Shown here: in pieces, positions 1 to 9,580 of the stretch | Position numbering within the stretch: position 1 is the first letter of the stretch | Layout of the letters: every line of letters starts with the position of its first letter | Virus record (IMG/VR): IMGVR_UViG_3300030379_000158 | DNA: 64,000 nucleotides | Direction: 5' to 3' (one strand) | Origin: a virus | Lineage: Duplodnaviria; Heunggongvirae; Uroviricota; Caudoviricetes | Made by a program: the position numbers and the translations under genes | The notes under the pieces: generated by a model | The model's input: only the letters and a program-made list of their open reading frames with translations | Told to the model about the DNA's origin: nothing | Databases searched by the model: none

Positions 1-1
1 T

Positions 2-1771
2 AGCGTCCATCACACAGACCGTATGTTGTTAGCACAGTATCGCGCGTCGTTGAAAAGCGCCATTCAGCGCAAGGCTAATATCTCTCAGGCCATCTCCCGC
101 TATGAGAAATTATTGAACCGTACTCAGAAGGCCGCGACGGATATCAAACGCCTGCGCCCGCTGGTGGAGGATGCAATAAATAAAGGCATTCTGGATGTTG
201 ATCCTGACCTGGTTAACCATGCGAGTGAGTTCCTTGTTATCGGCGATCGCTCATGGCGTGTAGGCCAATACTACGATTGTGCCGGTGATATCGTTCGCAT
301 TAAGTCGCTGGACTTCGACAGCCAGCGCGCAGACGTGGAGATCATCTTTACCTTCAAAGGCACCAAATCGGGTAACTGGGATGTGAAGACGCTGGATAAA
401 CAGGTGGATGTAACTCCCGATGAAGATGCTGTTATGCAGAAAATCAGTGGTGGCGTCTCCATCGCCGGGATTAACGACATCATTTCCTGTGACGATTTCT
501 ACCGTTTCCAGCAGCGCGGCATGATCAAAATAACTGACTCGTACGGCGTTCAGACTACAGAGTCAGGCTATAGCATTGATTTTGTTGGTACCTATACGGA
601 CCCACTGAAGCATGCGGTTTACCCGGATCGCCGTGACGGCGCGCTGAAGTCGTCAATTGCAAAATGGGTGCTTGGTATGATGTCGGAAGGGAATAACCGC
701 CAGATCCGTTCGGCAGAAACATTCCTGGTTGAATTGTTTGGCTCCAATTATGGCGATGTAATCGCGTCATACGGAGATACGCTATCCCCTGAAGCAATTC
801 AGGAGAAAATAGCGGATGCGATCGCCAGAATGCCGGAAAAAACAAGCCAGGGGGCTACTCGTAACGGGGATTCTGAACTTGAAGTCACCAATGCCATTTT
901 CGGTACCAATGAGTTCCGGGGGTCAGATTATGAGATCACCACAGCACAGTTTGGCACCATTGGCATTTACAGCAATAAAGCCGAGATCAAGCAGGCAATG
1001 GACGCAGCAAGCGCGCGCATCGCAGCAGAACGGGAAGCCAATCTGAATCATGCAGTCGCCGCGCTGACTCAATCGTGGGTAACAGCAATCAGGGAGGCCG
1101 CCACCACAGGGAAAATCACACCTGCAATAGCGGATGTCGTAAACGACGGCTCTAAATTTATGGATGCCTATCAAATGGATGCGGTGAAGTTGCCATCAGC
1201 CTATGGTCAACTCAGCTATCGCATGACCTACAACCTGGTATCAATGTTTTCCGACCTTGCCATCCTTGGGCTGGTGGATCTTAACGAGGTTACGCCGGAA
1301 TTGCTCAGCATGCGCAAGAATCATGTGGAGATATTGCAGAGAATTAACACGGTTCTTGCCGGGCGCACCGATGAAGAGAAACAGGCCGACGCTGATCGGA
1401 TAAACCTAGCCCTTGGCAACATCACGGAGGAAGAGATTGCCGCCAGAAACGAGAAACAAGAAGAGTTATCATCAATACAGGGTGATGCCACCAGCATAGC
1501 TCAGTCTCTTGGTCTGAATTATCGCGTATCCACCGCCGACCTGAAGATGATGTACGCACCAAAATTCGCCGCTGGCGAGGTATTTGGGCTTCAGGAAGCC
1601 TCAGGCATGAAAGGCGTTCTTTTCCGTGCGAAAGACGCAATCAAGGCGAAATTCGGCGCTCGCTGGCTGCCAGCGAAGGCGAAGAACAGCGATTTCCCGG
1701 GTAACTGGTGGATTATCGAGACAAAACACAACGTGGCGGACGTTCTGGCCGTCATCCAACAATACGCATAA
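2..1771 (+). CDS. DarB-like antirestriction protein, C-terminal part; reading frame is open to the window start so the gene is 5'-truncated by the window edge
   Basis: Frame of track ORF 23..1771 has no stop back to position 2; sits upstream of ulx/lxc/mod/res as darB does in P1. Positional inference; no motif verified. Confidence 0.4.
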   Translation, partial: SVHHTDRMLLAQYRASLKSAIQRKANISQAISRYEKLLNRTQKAATDIKRLRPLVEDAINKGILDVDPDLVNHASEFLVIGDRSWRVGQYYDCAGDIVRIKSLDFDSQRADVEIIFTFKGTKSGNWDVKTLDKQVDVTPDEDAVMQKISGGVSIAGINDIISCDDFYRFQQRGMIKITDSYGVQTTESGYSIDFVGTYTDPLKHAVYPDRRDGALKSSIAKWVLGMMSEGNNRQIRSAETFLVELFGSNYGDVIASYGDTLSPEAIQEKIADAIARMPEKTSQGATRNGDSELEVTNAIFGTNEFRGSDYEITTAQFGTIGIYSNKAEIKQAMDAASARIAAEREANLNHAVAALTQSWVTAIREAATTGKITPAIADVVNDGSKFMDAYQMDAVKLPSAYGQLSYRMTYNLVSMFSDLAILGLVDLNEVTPELLSMRKNHVEILQRINTVLAGRTDEEKQADADRINLALGNITEEEIAARNEKQEELSSIQGDATSIAQSLGLNYRVSTADLKMMYAPKFAAGEVFGLQEASGMKGVLFRAKDAIKAKFGARWLPAKAKNSDFPGNWWIIETKHNVADVLAVIQQYA

Positions 1772-1804
1772 CAGGAGCGCCCGGTTCGCCGGGCGTCGCA
1801 TAAT

Positions 1805-2245
1805 ATGGCCACACTATCTGATACAATAAAACCGAATAAAACATATCTTGAGGCGGTACTCCGTACAGCGTTGTTAGGAAAGACAGAAGACGAATACGTT
1901 GATTTCTTCCTGTCAGGGCTACGCGGGCGATTACTGAAAAATCCCCGCCTGTACCGCAGCTATGGTCCATACTGGCCGGAAATTAAAAAATTATTACTGG
2001 AGCGCGGTTATGGTAATTTCGGTCGTCTCGTTGACCGTGACGTTCGCAAAATTTACCGTTATGACCGCCCGGCGCTGACGCTCATAGCCGCGACGCTCTA
2101 CAGCCAGGAGCGTTTTGATAATGGTCAGATATACTCAGCCTGGCATTTACTGCCAGTACCTGAAGAGGTTGACGACCAGGACTATGAGTTTGAGTCTTAC
2201 GATTTGGAAGTTGAAGCCTTAGCACAGGCTGGAGAGAAAACTTGA
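1805..2245 (+). CDS. Ulx-like hypothetical protein (146 aa)
   Basis: Track ORF; position between darB-like ORF and lxc-like ORF; 4-bp overlap with next ORF suggests translational coupling. Confidence 0.5.
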   Translation: MATLSDTIKPNKTYLEAVLRTALLGKTEDEYVDFFLSGLRGRLLKNPRLYRSYGPYWPEIKKLLLERGYGNFGRLVDRDVRKIYRYDRPALTLIAATLYSQERFDNGQIYSAWHLLPVPEEVDDQDYEFESYDLEVEALAQAGEKT

Positions 2246-2490
2246 AAAAGCGATACTACACAGTAAAGCATGGGACGCTACGAGCATTACAAGAGTTTGC
2301 TGATAAGCATAACGTTGAGGTGCGCAGGGAGGGGGGAAGTAAAGCTCTGCGCATGTACCGTCCGGACGGGAAATGGCGTACGGTCGTCGATTTCAAAACT
2401 AACAGCGTTCCCCAGGGCGTCCGCGATCGGGCATTCGAAGAATGGGAGCAGATCATCATAGATAATGCATTGCTTCTCAATGCGGATTAA
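2242..2490 (+). CDS. Lxc-like small protein (82 aa), possible modulator of C1 repression
   Basis: Track ORF directly upstream of mod, same position and size as P1 lxc. Confidence 0.45.
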   Translation: MKKRYYTVKHGTLRALQEFADKHNVEVRREGGSKALRMYRPDGKWRTVVDFKTNSVPQGVRDRAFEEWEQIIIDNALLLNAD

Positions 2491-2634
2491 ACTTCCCCAA
2501 ATAATGGCTGTTTGCTCGCCGAGCATCGCTCAAAGAAACACGATTATTCAAACATATAGATAGTGATAGTGCCCTCGTATAAGTGTGACAACTTCTGGCT
2601 CTAGTGGGCTGGGGAGGCGGCGCTTTGTTGCTAA

Positions 2635-4590
2635 ATGATCTGGTTTAAAATGGATATGAAAAAAGAAACGATTTTTTCCGAAGTAGAAACGGCTAACAGC
2701 AAGCAACTGGCTGTGTTGAAAGCTAATTTCCCTCAGTGTTTTGATAAAAACGGAGCCTTCATTCAAGAAAAATTGCTTGAGATTATTAGGGCATCGGAAG
2801 TTGAACTCTCTAAAGAATCATACAGCTTGAACTGGCTGGGTAAATCTTATGCCCGTTTGTTGGCCAATCTACCACCGAAAACGTTGTTGGCAGAAGATAA
2901 AACTCATAACCAACAAGAAGAGAACAAGAACAGTCAACACCTGTTAATCAAAGGGGATAATCTCGAAGTATTGAAGCATATGGTTAATGCTTACGCTGAA
3001 AAGGTGAAGATGATTTACATTGACCCACCATACAATACAGGTAAGGATGGGTTCGTTTATAATGATGATCGCAAATTTACACCTGAGCAGCTTTCTGAAC
3101 TAGCAGGCATCGACCTCGATGAGGCTAAACGCATATTAGAATTTACCACCAAGGGGTCAAGCAGTCATAGTGCATGGCTGACATTCATTTACCCACGCCT
3201 TTATATTGCTCGTGAATTAATGAGAGAAGACGGGACTATTTTTATTTCTATTGACCATAATGAGTTCAGTCAATTAAAACTAGTTTGCGACGAGATCTTT
3301 GGTGAGCAAAACCATGTTGGGGATCTAGTATGGAAAAATGCAACTGATAACAACCCTTCAAATATCGCTGTAGAGCATGAATATATTATTGTTTACACAA
3401 AAAACAAAGAGCAGCTTATAAGTGAGTGGAAATCTAATATCTCCGATGTAAAAAACTTACTTGTCAACATAGGTGAAGAATTTGCATCAAAATACACTGG
3501 CAATGAACTTCAGGAAAAATATACCCAGTGGTTTCGTGAACACAGATCTGAATTATGGCCTCTTGACCGATACAAATATATAGACAAAGACGGCATCTAT
3601 ACTGGTAGTCAGAGCGTCCACAACCCCGGAAAAGAGGGTTACAGATATGATATTATACATCCAAAAACTAAGAAGCCATGCAAACAACCTCTTATGGGAT
3701 ATCGTTTTCCATTAGATACAATGGATAGGCTTCTGTCTGAAGAAAAGATCATCTTCGGTGATGATGAAAACAAAATTATAGAACTAAAAGTTTATGCTAA
3801 GGATTACAAACAGAAATTAAGCTCCGTTATCCATCTTGATGGGCGTGTTGCAACGAACGAACTTAAAGAGCTGTTCCCAGAAATGACTCAACCATTCACA
3901 AATGCTAAAACTATAAAATTAGTAGAAGATTTAATATCTTTTGCATGTGATGGAGAGGGTATTGTTTTGGATTTTTTTGCTGGGTCAGGAACTACAGCGC
4001 ATACAGTTTTTAATTTGAATAACAAAAATAAAACGTCGTATCAGTTTATTACAGTTCAACTAGATGAACCTACAAAAGATAAATCTGATGCCATGAAGCA
4101 TGGCTATAATACAATATTTGACTTAACAAAGGAGCGTTTAATTAGGGCGTCTAAAAAAAATAGGGATCAGGGGTTTAAGGTATATCAACTAATGCCAGAT
4201 TTTCGCGCTAAAGACGAATCAGAACTTACACTGTCTAATCATACATTCTTTGATGATGTTGTCTTGACGCCTGAACAATATGACACTCTATTAACTACAT
4301 GGTGCCTGTATGATGGCAGTTTGCTAACAACACCTATTGAAGATGTTGATCTTGGTGGCTACAAAGCACATTTGTGCGATGGTCGTCTGTATTTGATTGC
4401 ACCTAATTTTACTAGCGAAGCATTGAAAGCGTTACTTCAAAAGGTGGATTCAGACAAAGACTTTGCTCCAAACAAAGTCGTGTTTTATGGCAGCAACTTT
4501 GAAAGCGCAAAGCAAATGGAACTCAATGAAGCACTAAAAAGTTATGCTAATAAAAAATCTATTGAGTTAGATTTGGTGGTGAGGAACTAA
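2635..4590 (+). CDS. mod: Type III restriction-modification methyltransferase (Mod, EcoP1I-like); likely true start is the in-frame ATG at 2650 (646 aa)
   Basis: N6-adenine methyltransferase motif IV (IYIDPPYNTGKD) and motif I (FFAGSGTT) in track protein; immediately followed by res. Confidence 0.85.
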   Translation: MIWFKMDMKKETIFSEVETANSKQLAVLKANFPQCFDKNGAFIQEKLLEIIRASEVELSKESYSLNWLGKSYARLLANLPPKTLLAEDKTHNQQEENKNSQHLLIKGDNLEVLKHMVNAYAEKVKMIYIDPPYNTGKDGFVYNDDRKFTPEQLSELAGIDLDEAKRILEFTTKGSSSHSAWLTFIYPRLYIARELMREDGTIFISIDHNEFSQLKLVCDEIFGEQNHVGDLVWKNATDNNPSNIAVEHEYIIVYTKNKEQLISEWKSNISDVKNLLVNIGEEFASKYTGNELQEKYTQWFREHRSELWPLDRYKYIDKDGIYTGSQSVHNPGKEGYRYDIIHPKTKKPCKQPLMGYRFPLDTMDRLLSEEKIIFGDDENKIIELKVYAKDYKQKLSSVIHLDGRVATNELKELFPEMTQPFTNAKTIKLVEDLISFACDGEGIVLDFFAGSGTTAHTVFNLNNKNKTSYQFITVQLDEPTKDKSDAMKHGYNTIFDLTKERLIRASKKNRDQGFKVYQLMPDFRAKDESELTLSNHTFFDDVVLTPEQYDTLLTTWCLYDGSLLTTPIEDVDLGGYKAHLCDGRLYLIAPNFTSEALKALLQKVDSDKDFAPNKVVFYGSNFESAKQMELNEALKSYANKKSIELDLVVRN

Positions 4591-4592
4591 TC

Positions 4593-7505
4593 ATGTCAAA
4601 AGGGTTCACTCTCGAAAAGAACTTGCCGCATCAGAAAGCAGGAGTCGATGCGGTGATGAATGTTTTTGTTTCCGCAACACCTCACCTGACGGATAATGTT
4701 GCTGTTCGCCTTTTAGCTAATCCTGAACTGAAGCTGTCTGAACAACAATACTACAACAATATAAAAAATGTTCAGGCGTTCAATGGTATTGCGCACTCAA
4801 AAGATAATCACAATGCTAAAAGCAACATCATTGATGTTTCTATGGAGACAGGTACAGGCAAGACGTACACCTATATCAAAACTATTTTTGACCTGAATAA
4901 ATCATTTGGTATTAACAAGTTTATCATCATTGTTCCGACTCTATCTATCAAGGCCGGAACCGTTAACTTTTTAAAAAGTGATGCTTTAAAAGAACACTTC
5001 CGGGATGATTACAAGCGTGAGCTGAGAACTTACGTTGTTGAAAGTCAGAAAAACGCTGGCAAAAATACAAAATCGTATATGCCTCAGGCTATACATGATT
5101 TTGTTGAAGCAAGTAACTTCAATAAAAAATATATACACGTTCTTGTTATTAACTCAGGAATGATCAACTCTAAGTCTTTAACGGATACTTACGATACTGG
5201 CTTGCTTGATAATCAGTTTAATACTCCAGTTGACGCGCTCAGAGCTGTAAAACCATTTATCATCATTGACGAACCACATAGATTTCCTACTGGTAAAAAA
5301 ACATGGGAAAACATAGAGAAATTTAACGCACAATATATTATCCGCTATGGCGCAACCTTTAGCGAAGGCTATAAGAACCTGGTTTATCGTCTTACAGCCG
5401 TGGACGCATTTAACGATGATCTCGTTAAAGGTATTGATGCATATATTGAGGATATAGTCGGCGATGGTAACGCAAACCTCAAATTCGTCAAATCTGACGG
5501 AAAGGAAGCTACATTTGAACTGAATGAAAACAACAACAAAAAATCGTTTAAGTTAGCTAAAGGTGAATCACTGTCTAAGACGCATAGTGCGATCCATGAT
5601 TTAACTCTTGATGCTTTAAACAAGAGCACAGCAGTGTTGAGTAATGGTATTGAGTTGAAGATTGGTAGCTCAATAAATCCCTATTCTTACGATCAGACAC
5701 TCGCTGATAACATGATGCGTAAGGCTGTCAAAGAACACTTTAAGTTAGAAAAAGAACTTCTGACACAAAGGCCACGCATAAAGCCTCTTACTCTTTTCTT
5801 TATTGACGATATTGAAGGCTATCGTGACGGTAATGATATTTCCGGAAGCCTGAAGACCAAATTCGAAGAATACGTTCTGGCAGAAGCTAATGAACTGTTA
5901 AAAACAGAGCAAGATGCGTTTTATAAAAACTATCTTGAAAAAACAGTCACAAATATATCTTCCGTTCATGGTGGTTATTTCTCAAAAGATAACAGTGATA
6001 AGGATGATAAAATCGAGCAGGAAATCAACGAAATCCTTCATGACAAAGAGCTTTTGCTGTCTTTAGATAATCCCCGTCGGTTTATTTTCTCAAAATGGAC
6101 GTTGCGTGAGGGGTGGGATAATCCTAATGTTTTTCAGATCTGTAAGCTCCGTTCGAGCGGTAGTACCACATCTAAGCTTCAAGAGGTAGGGCGCGGTTTG
6201 CGTCTTCCTGTGAATGAATACATGTGTCGAGTGAAAGACCGCAATTTTACCCTTAAATATTATGTTGATTTTACAGAAAAGGATTTTGTTGACTCACTTG
6301 TTAAAGAGGTCAACGAGAGTTCTTTCAAAGAAAGGGTTCCAAGTAAGTTTACTCAAGAGCTTAAGGAACAAATCATGGCTCAGTATCCTGAGCTTTCATC
6401 CAGAGCACTAATGAATGAACTTTTCAATGATGAAATCATTGATGACAATGATAATTTCAAAGATTCAGATGCCTATAGCCGCTTAAAATCCAAATATCCA
6501 GCAGCATTCCCTATAGGAGTGAAACCTGGTAAAATCAAAAAAGCTACTGATGGAAAAAGACGCACTAAAATGCGTGTTGGTAAGTTCAGTGAGCTGAAAG
6601 AACTATGGGATTTGATCAATCAAAAAGCGGTGATTGAGTACAAAATAAACAGTGAAAGTGAATTTTTATCCATTTTCAAGTCATTCATGCTCGAAGAAAC
6701 AGAACGATTTACCAAATCAGGCGTTCATACTCGCATTGATAAAATTTACATCCACAATGATATGGCAATGTCGAAAAGCATTGTCAGTGATGACGATGAC
6801 TTTGCTAAGCTGAACACAATGAGCTATCGAGAGTTTCTCGATAACTTATCACAGACTATTTTTGTTAAACACGGTACTTTACATAAAGTTTTTTGTGATA
6901 TAAAAGACACTATTAATATCACTGAATACCTTAATATTCAAACAATCAGAAAAATTAAATCTGGTTTTAGTAAGTATTTGTTGAACAATTCGTTTAATAA
7001 ATTCAGCCTCGGATATAATTTGATTTCGGGTTCAATTCATCCTACAAAGTTCACAAATGCTGATGGTAATCCTCTAGGCGAGGTATTATCAAGTGATCTT
7101 GGTGTATTGCAGGATAATGCAAAAGCACCATTAGATACTTATCTTTTTGAAGAAGTTTTTTATGATTCAGAGCTTGAAAGGCGTAATATAACAGATAGAG
7201 AGATCCAGTCTGTTGTTGTTTTTTCAAAGATACCGAAGAATTCTATTAAGATCCCGGTAGCTGGTGGATACACTTACTCACCCGATTTTGCTTATGTTGT
7301 AAAAACAGCGGAAGGTGATTATCTTAATTTTATCATTGAAACAAAAAACGTAGATAGTAAGGATAGTTTACGGCTTGAAGAAAAACGGAAAATTGAACAT
7401 GCCCAAGCGCTTTTCAATCAAATAAGTCAGTCTGTTAAAGTTGAATTCAGAACGCAGTTTGCTAATGATGATATTTATCAGTTAATCAAGAGCGCATTAC
7501 CATAA
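4593..7505 (+). CDS. res: Type III restriction enzyme Res subunit (970 aa), helicase plus endonuclease
   Basis: Walker A-like TGTGKT and DEPH box in N-terminal half; starts 3 bp after mod stop; size matches EcoP1I Res. Confidence 0.85.
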   Translation: MSKGFTLEKNLPHQKAGVDAVMNVFVSATPHLTDNVAVRLLANPELKLSEQQYYNNIKNVQAFNGIAHSKDNHNAKSNIIDVSMETGTGKTYTYIKTIFDLNKSFGINKFIIIVPTLSIKAGTVNFLKSDALKEHFRDDYKRELRTYVVESQKNAGKNTKSYMPQAIHDFVEASNFNKKYIHVLVINSGMINSKSLTDTYDTGLLDNQFNTPVDALRAVKPFIIIDEPHRFPTGKKTWENIEKFNAQYIIRYGATFSEGYKNLVYRLTAVDAFNDDLVKGIDAYIEDIVGDGNANLKFVKSDGKEATFELNENNNKKSFKLAKGESLSKTHSAIHDLTLDALNKSTAVLSNGIELKIGSSINPYSYDQTLADNMMRKAVKEHFKLEKELLTQRPRIKPLTLFFIDDIEGYRDGNDISGSLKTKFEEYVLAEANELLKTEQDAFYKNYLEKTVTNISSVHGGYFSKDNSDKDDKIEQEINEILHDKELLLSLDNPRRFIFSKWTLREGWDNPNVFQICKLRSSGSTTSKLQEVGRGLRLPVNEYMCRVKDRNFTLKYYVDFTEKDFVDSLVKEVNESSFKERVPSKFTQELKEQIMAQYPELSSRALMNELFNDEIIDDNDNFKDSDAYSRLKSKYPAAFPIGVKPGKIKKATDGKRRTKMRVGKFSELKELWDLINQKAVIEYKINSESEFLSIFKSFMLEETERFTKSGVHTRIDKIYIHNDMAMSKSIVSDDDDFAKLNTMSYREFLDNLSQTIFVKHGTLHKVFCDIKDTINITEYLNIQTIRKIKSGFSKYLLNNSFNKFSLGYNLISGSIHPTKFTNADGNPLGEVLSSDLGVLQDNAKAPLDTYLFEEVFYDSELERRNITDREIQSVVVFSKIPKNSIKIPVAGGYTYSPDFAYVVKTAEGDYLNFIIETKNVDSKDSLRLEEKRKIEHAQALFNQISQSVKVEFRTQFANDDIYQLIKSALP

Positions 7506-7515
7506 TGCTAGTTTA

Positions 7516-7540
7516 AAAGGAGGTGAAAACCTCCTTTTTT
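7516..7540. terminator. Rho-independent terminator hairpin between convergent res and mat-like genes
   Basis: AGGAGGT-GAAA-ACCTCCT stem-loop followed by T6 on plus strand, A-run on the other side (bidirectional). Confidence 0.6.
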
Positions 7541-7579
7541 GACATCCTACACGACCTGAAAGAAGTGGCGTTTAGGCCG

Positions 7580-8221
7580 TTAAAAATAGTTCCCCTCTCC
7601 AGTTAAGATTCCATGAGGAACTCTTTTTTCTGCAAGTCTCTGTGTGCCCCGAATTATGTTAATGAGAGGGCTTAGTAACGATGGTTCCTGGTGTGCCTCA
7701 ACTTCTCCAGCCATTGCCCTGATGTAGTCGGCGCTGGCAACGTTGTTGTATTCCGTCGCAAAGCAACATAGTAACGTCAGAACATGCTCTGTCGTTATTT
7801 CGCTCCAGTTGATGTTGAAAAATTCATCGCCTTTTTTATCGTGTTCGGAATCGAAGATGCTTTGGTGGAGGATGTATTTGCCGGATTCCTTGCGCGGTAA
7901 CTTGATTGCTTTCTGGCGTTCCAGCTCCTTATAAATCTGCATTGCCTCAATTAGTACCGGCCTGCCGTTCATGAAGGGATCGCGCAACCTTACACGCTGG
8001 CCAACTCGACCAGTAATAAAGCTGTTTTCCTCTTCCACCAGCACGATAAAACCCTTTTCCTCTTTTTCTCGCAATTCGCGCAGCAGCTGGAGTTCCATAT
8101 CGCGGCGGCGTTCAGGGTAGCTGGTCCGCTCAGCCATTATCAGCTCGTTATTGATCCATGCAGCAGTCATTGACGCCGGTTTGCCGACGCTCATCGAAAC
8201 AACGCATATTTTCTTATCCAT
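7580..8221 (-). CDS. Mat-like hypothetical protein; start placed at internal ATG (MDKKICVV...) with GGGGG Shine-Dalgarno, 213 aa
   Basis: Track ORF 7580..8368; internal ATG at 8219-8221 has a proper RBS whereas the upstream extension is hydrophobic junk; position matches P1 mat. Confidence 0.4.
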   Translation of the reverse strand: MDKKICVVSMSVGKPASMTAAWINNELIMAERTSYPERRRDMELQLLRELREKEEKGFIVLVEEENSFITGRVGQRVRLRDPFMNGRPVLIEAMQIYKELERQKAIKLPRKESGKYILHQSIFDSEHDKKGDEFFNINWSEITTEHVLTLLCCFATEYNNVASADYIRAMAGEVEAHQEPSLLSPLINIIRGTQRLAEKRVPHGILTGEGNYF

Positions 8222-8410
8222 AGCGCCCCCTACAAAAAAGAAAAGCCACCAGCGGCGGCTTAGCAATACAACTGAAGGTAGCGCCCGGTACTCAGACTGT
8301 GCCGTCCATGGAATATTTGAAAAGGGATCCATCCGTACCGGGCGTGTGATGATTCTGACTGAAGTCACTTGTCAGTTGTCAATCATTTATCATTAAAAAT
8401 AATATATTTA

Positions 8411-8971
8411 TTAGTGCATGATGTTTGCCATCTCATAGGCGTCAGCCAGTAACTCCATCTCTGACTTGTTCAGCAGGGTGAATTCTTTCTTGCCTCCAAC
8501 CACACCATCGGCATGAACAGGGACCAGCCAGGGGTATTTTGCTCTTACTTCAGCCGGTGCTGCATGCTGGTGGTGCCATCTACAAAGTGGCAATTGCTTT
8601 TTATGACAACCCGGCGCGGTACGACCGGCGATATGGTGCAGAGACACCTCATTAGATATTACTCCATGCATATAGCAGGCAATGCAGGGGAGAGTGCCAA
8701 GAGCATTGGCGATGCGCCGTTCCTCCGCCGTTGGTGTTCTCCCCTTCAAGCCACGAGATTTTATTTTTACCGCGCTTTTCCGCGTTTTGCTGGCTGGTGG
8801 GCGCTCTTTCTGTTTAGCGATACGGCGGTCGATAGTATCCCGCATTTTCTGATATTGAGATTCTCGCCAGACCGGATCAGCCAACTTCTCCCGTTGCCGA
8901 GCGATCGCTCGTTCTCTGGCTGCCTTCTGCCACTTGCGGCACTGTTCAATTTTTTGTTCGATTGTTTTCAT
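8411..8971 (-). CDS. ref: Ref-like HNH endonuclease (recombination enhancement function), 186 aa
   Basis: HNH-type motif (HHIAGRTAPGCHKKQLPLCRWHHQ) in track protein; 186 aa and position next to cre as in P1; C1 operator-like site just upstream (about 8401-8420). Confidence 0.65.
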   Translation of the reverse strand: MKTIEQKIEQCRKWQKAARERAIARQREKLADPVWRESQYQKMRDTIDRRIAKQKERPPASKTRKSAVKIKSRGLKGRTPTAEERRIANALGTLPCIACYMHGVISNEVSLHHIAGRTAPGCHKKQLPLCRWHHQHAAPAEVRAKYPWLVPVHADGVVGGKKEFTLLNKSEMELLADAYEMANIMH

Positions 8972-9218
8972 ATGGTCAAAAAAAAGGCGGCCTAATGGCC
9001 GCCTATGATGTCAAGGAGTGAAGTAATGGCAACGTCTTCGTAGTTGGCAAAAACTGCGACTCAATTATAGCAACCAATTAGAGCAATTAAAGTTGTTTAT
9101 TTATCGCGAATCACATTTTTTCACTTCAGTACCTGTGTGCTATACTCCTTCTTGATTGATTGGATGCGGAATACAAACCCGTTCTTTTGTGCAGCCTGGC
9201 TCCTTGCCAGGCTTTTTT

Positions 9219-9530
9219 TTATTTCATCATGGAAGCTGTTAACGCTTTGGACCTTGCTGAACTGATTGAGAGGGCTTTGTCAACGTGCCCCAAAAATTCG
9301 CCAAACTCAGACATCACTTTAGCAAAACCGCGCCGTGCTTCTTCCTCGGTGGCATTCATCACGAAATGTTCAGCACCACGCATACTTTTGACAGGGAACG
9401 CAACGGATATTGAATCAATATCAGGCATTCTATCGCTCAGCTTTACAGTGACAATGACGACTGGCGACTGAATATTAGTGCTTACAGACAGCACTACATA
9501 TTTTCCGTCGATGTTGAAATCCTTTCTCAT
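9219..9530 (-). CDS. Cra-like small protein (103 aa) downstream of cre
   Basis: Track ORF, same strand and immediately downstream of cre; positional inference. Confidence 0.4.
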   Translation of the reverse strand: MRKDFNIDGKYVVLSVSTNIQSPVVIVTVKLSDRMPDIDSISVAFPVKSMRGAEHFVMNATEEEARRGFAKVMSEFGEFLGHVDKALSISSARSKALTASMMK

Positions 9531-9580
9531 ATGTCACCATAAATATCAAAGAATTAGAGCAATCATTTACGCGTTAATGG

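Noticed and set aside
8513-8995. 160-aa plus-strand ORF antisense to ref
   Set aside because: Antisense to a motif-supported gene; no independent support.
8978-9003. Minus-strand terminator hairpin directly 5' of the ref start codon
   Set aside because: Probably terminates cre/cra transcription; too close to the ref start to interpret as an attenuator without data.
9160-9471. 103-aa plus-strand ORF antisense to the cra-like gene
   Set aside because: Lies entirely within the opposite-strand gene in a region whose P1 layout has only the minus-strand gene; no RBS; most likely a chance frame. My own hand translation of this stretch disagreed with the track by 1 nt, which is why hand-derived coordinates are flagged approximate.
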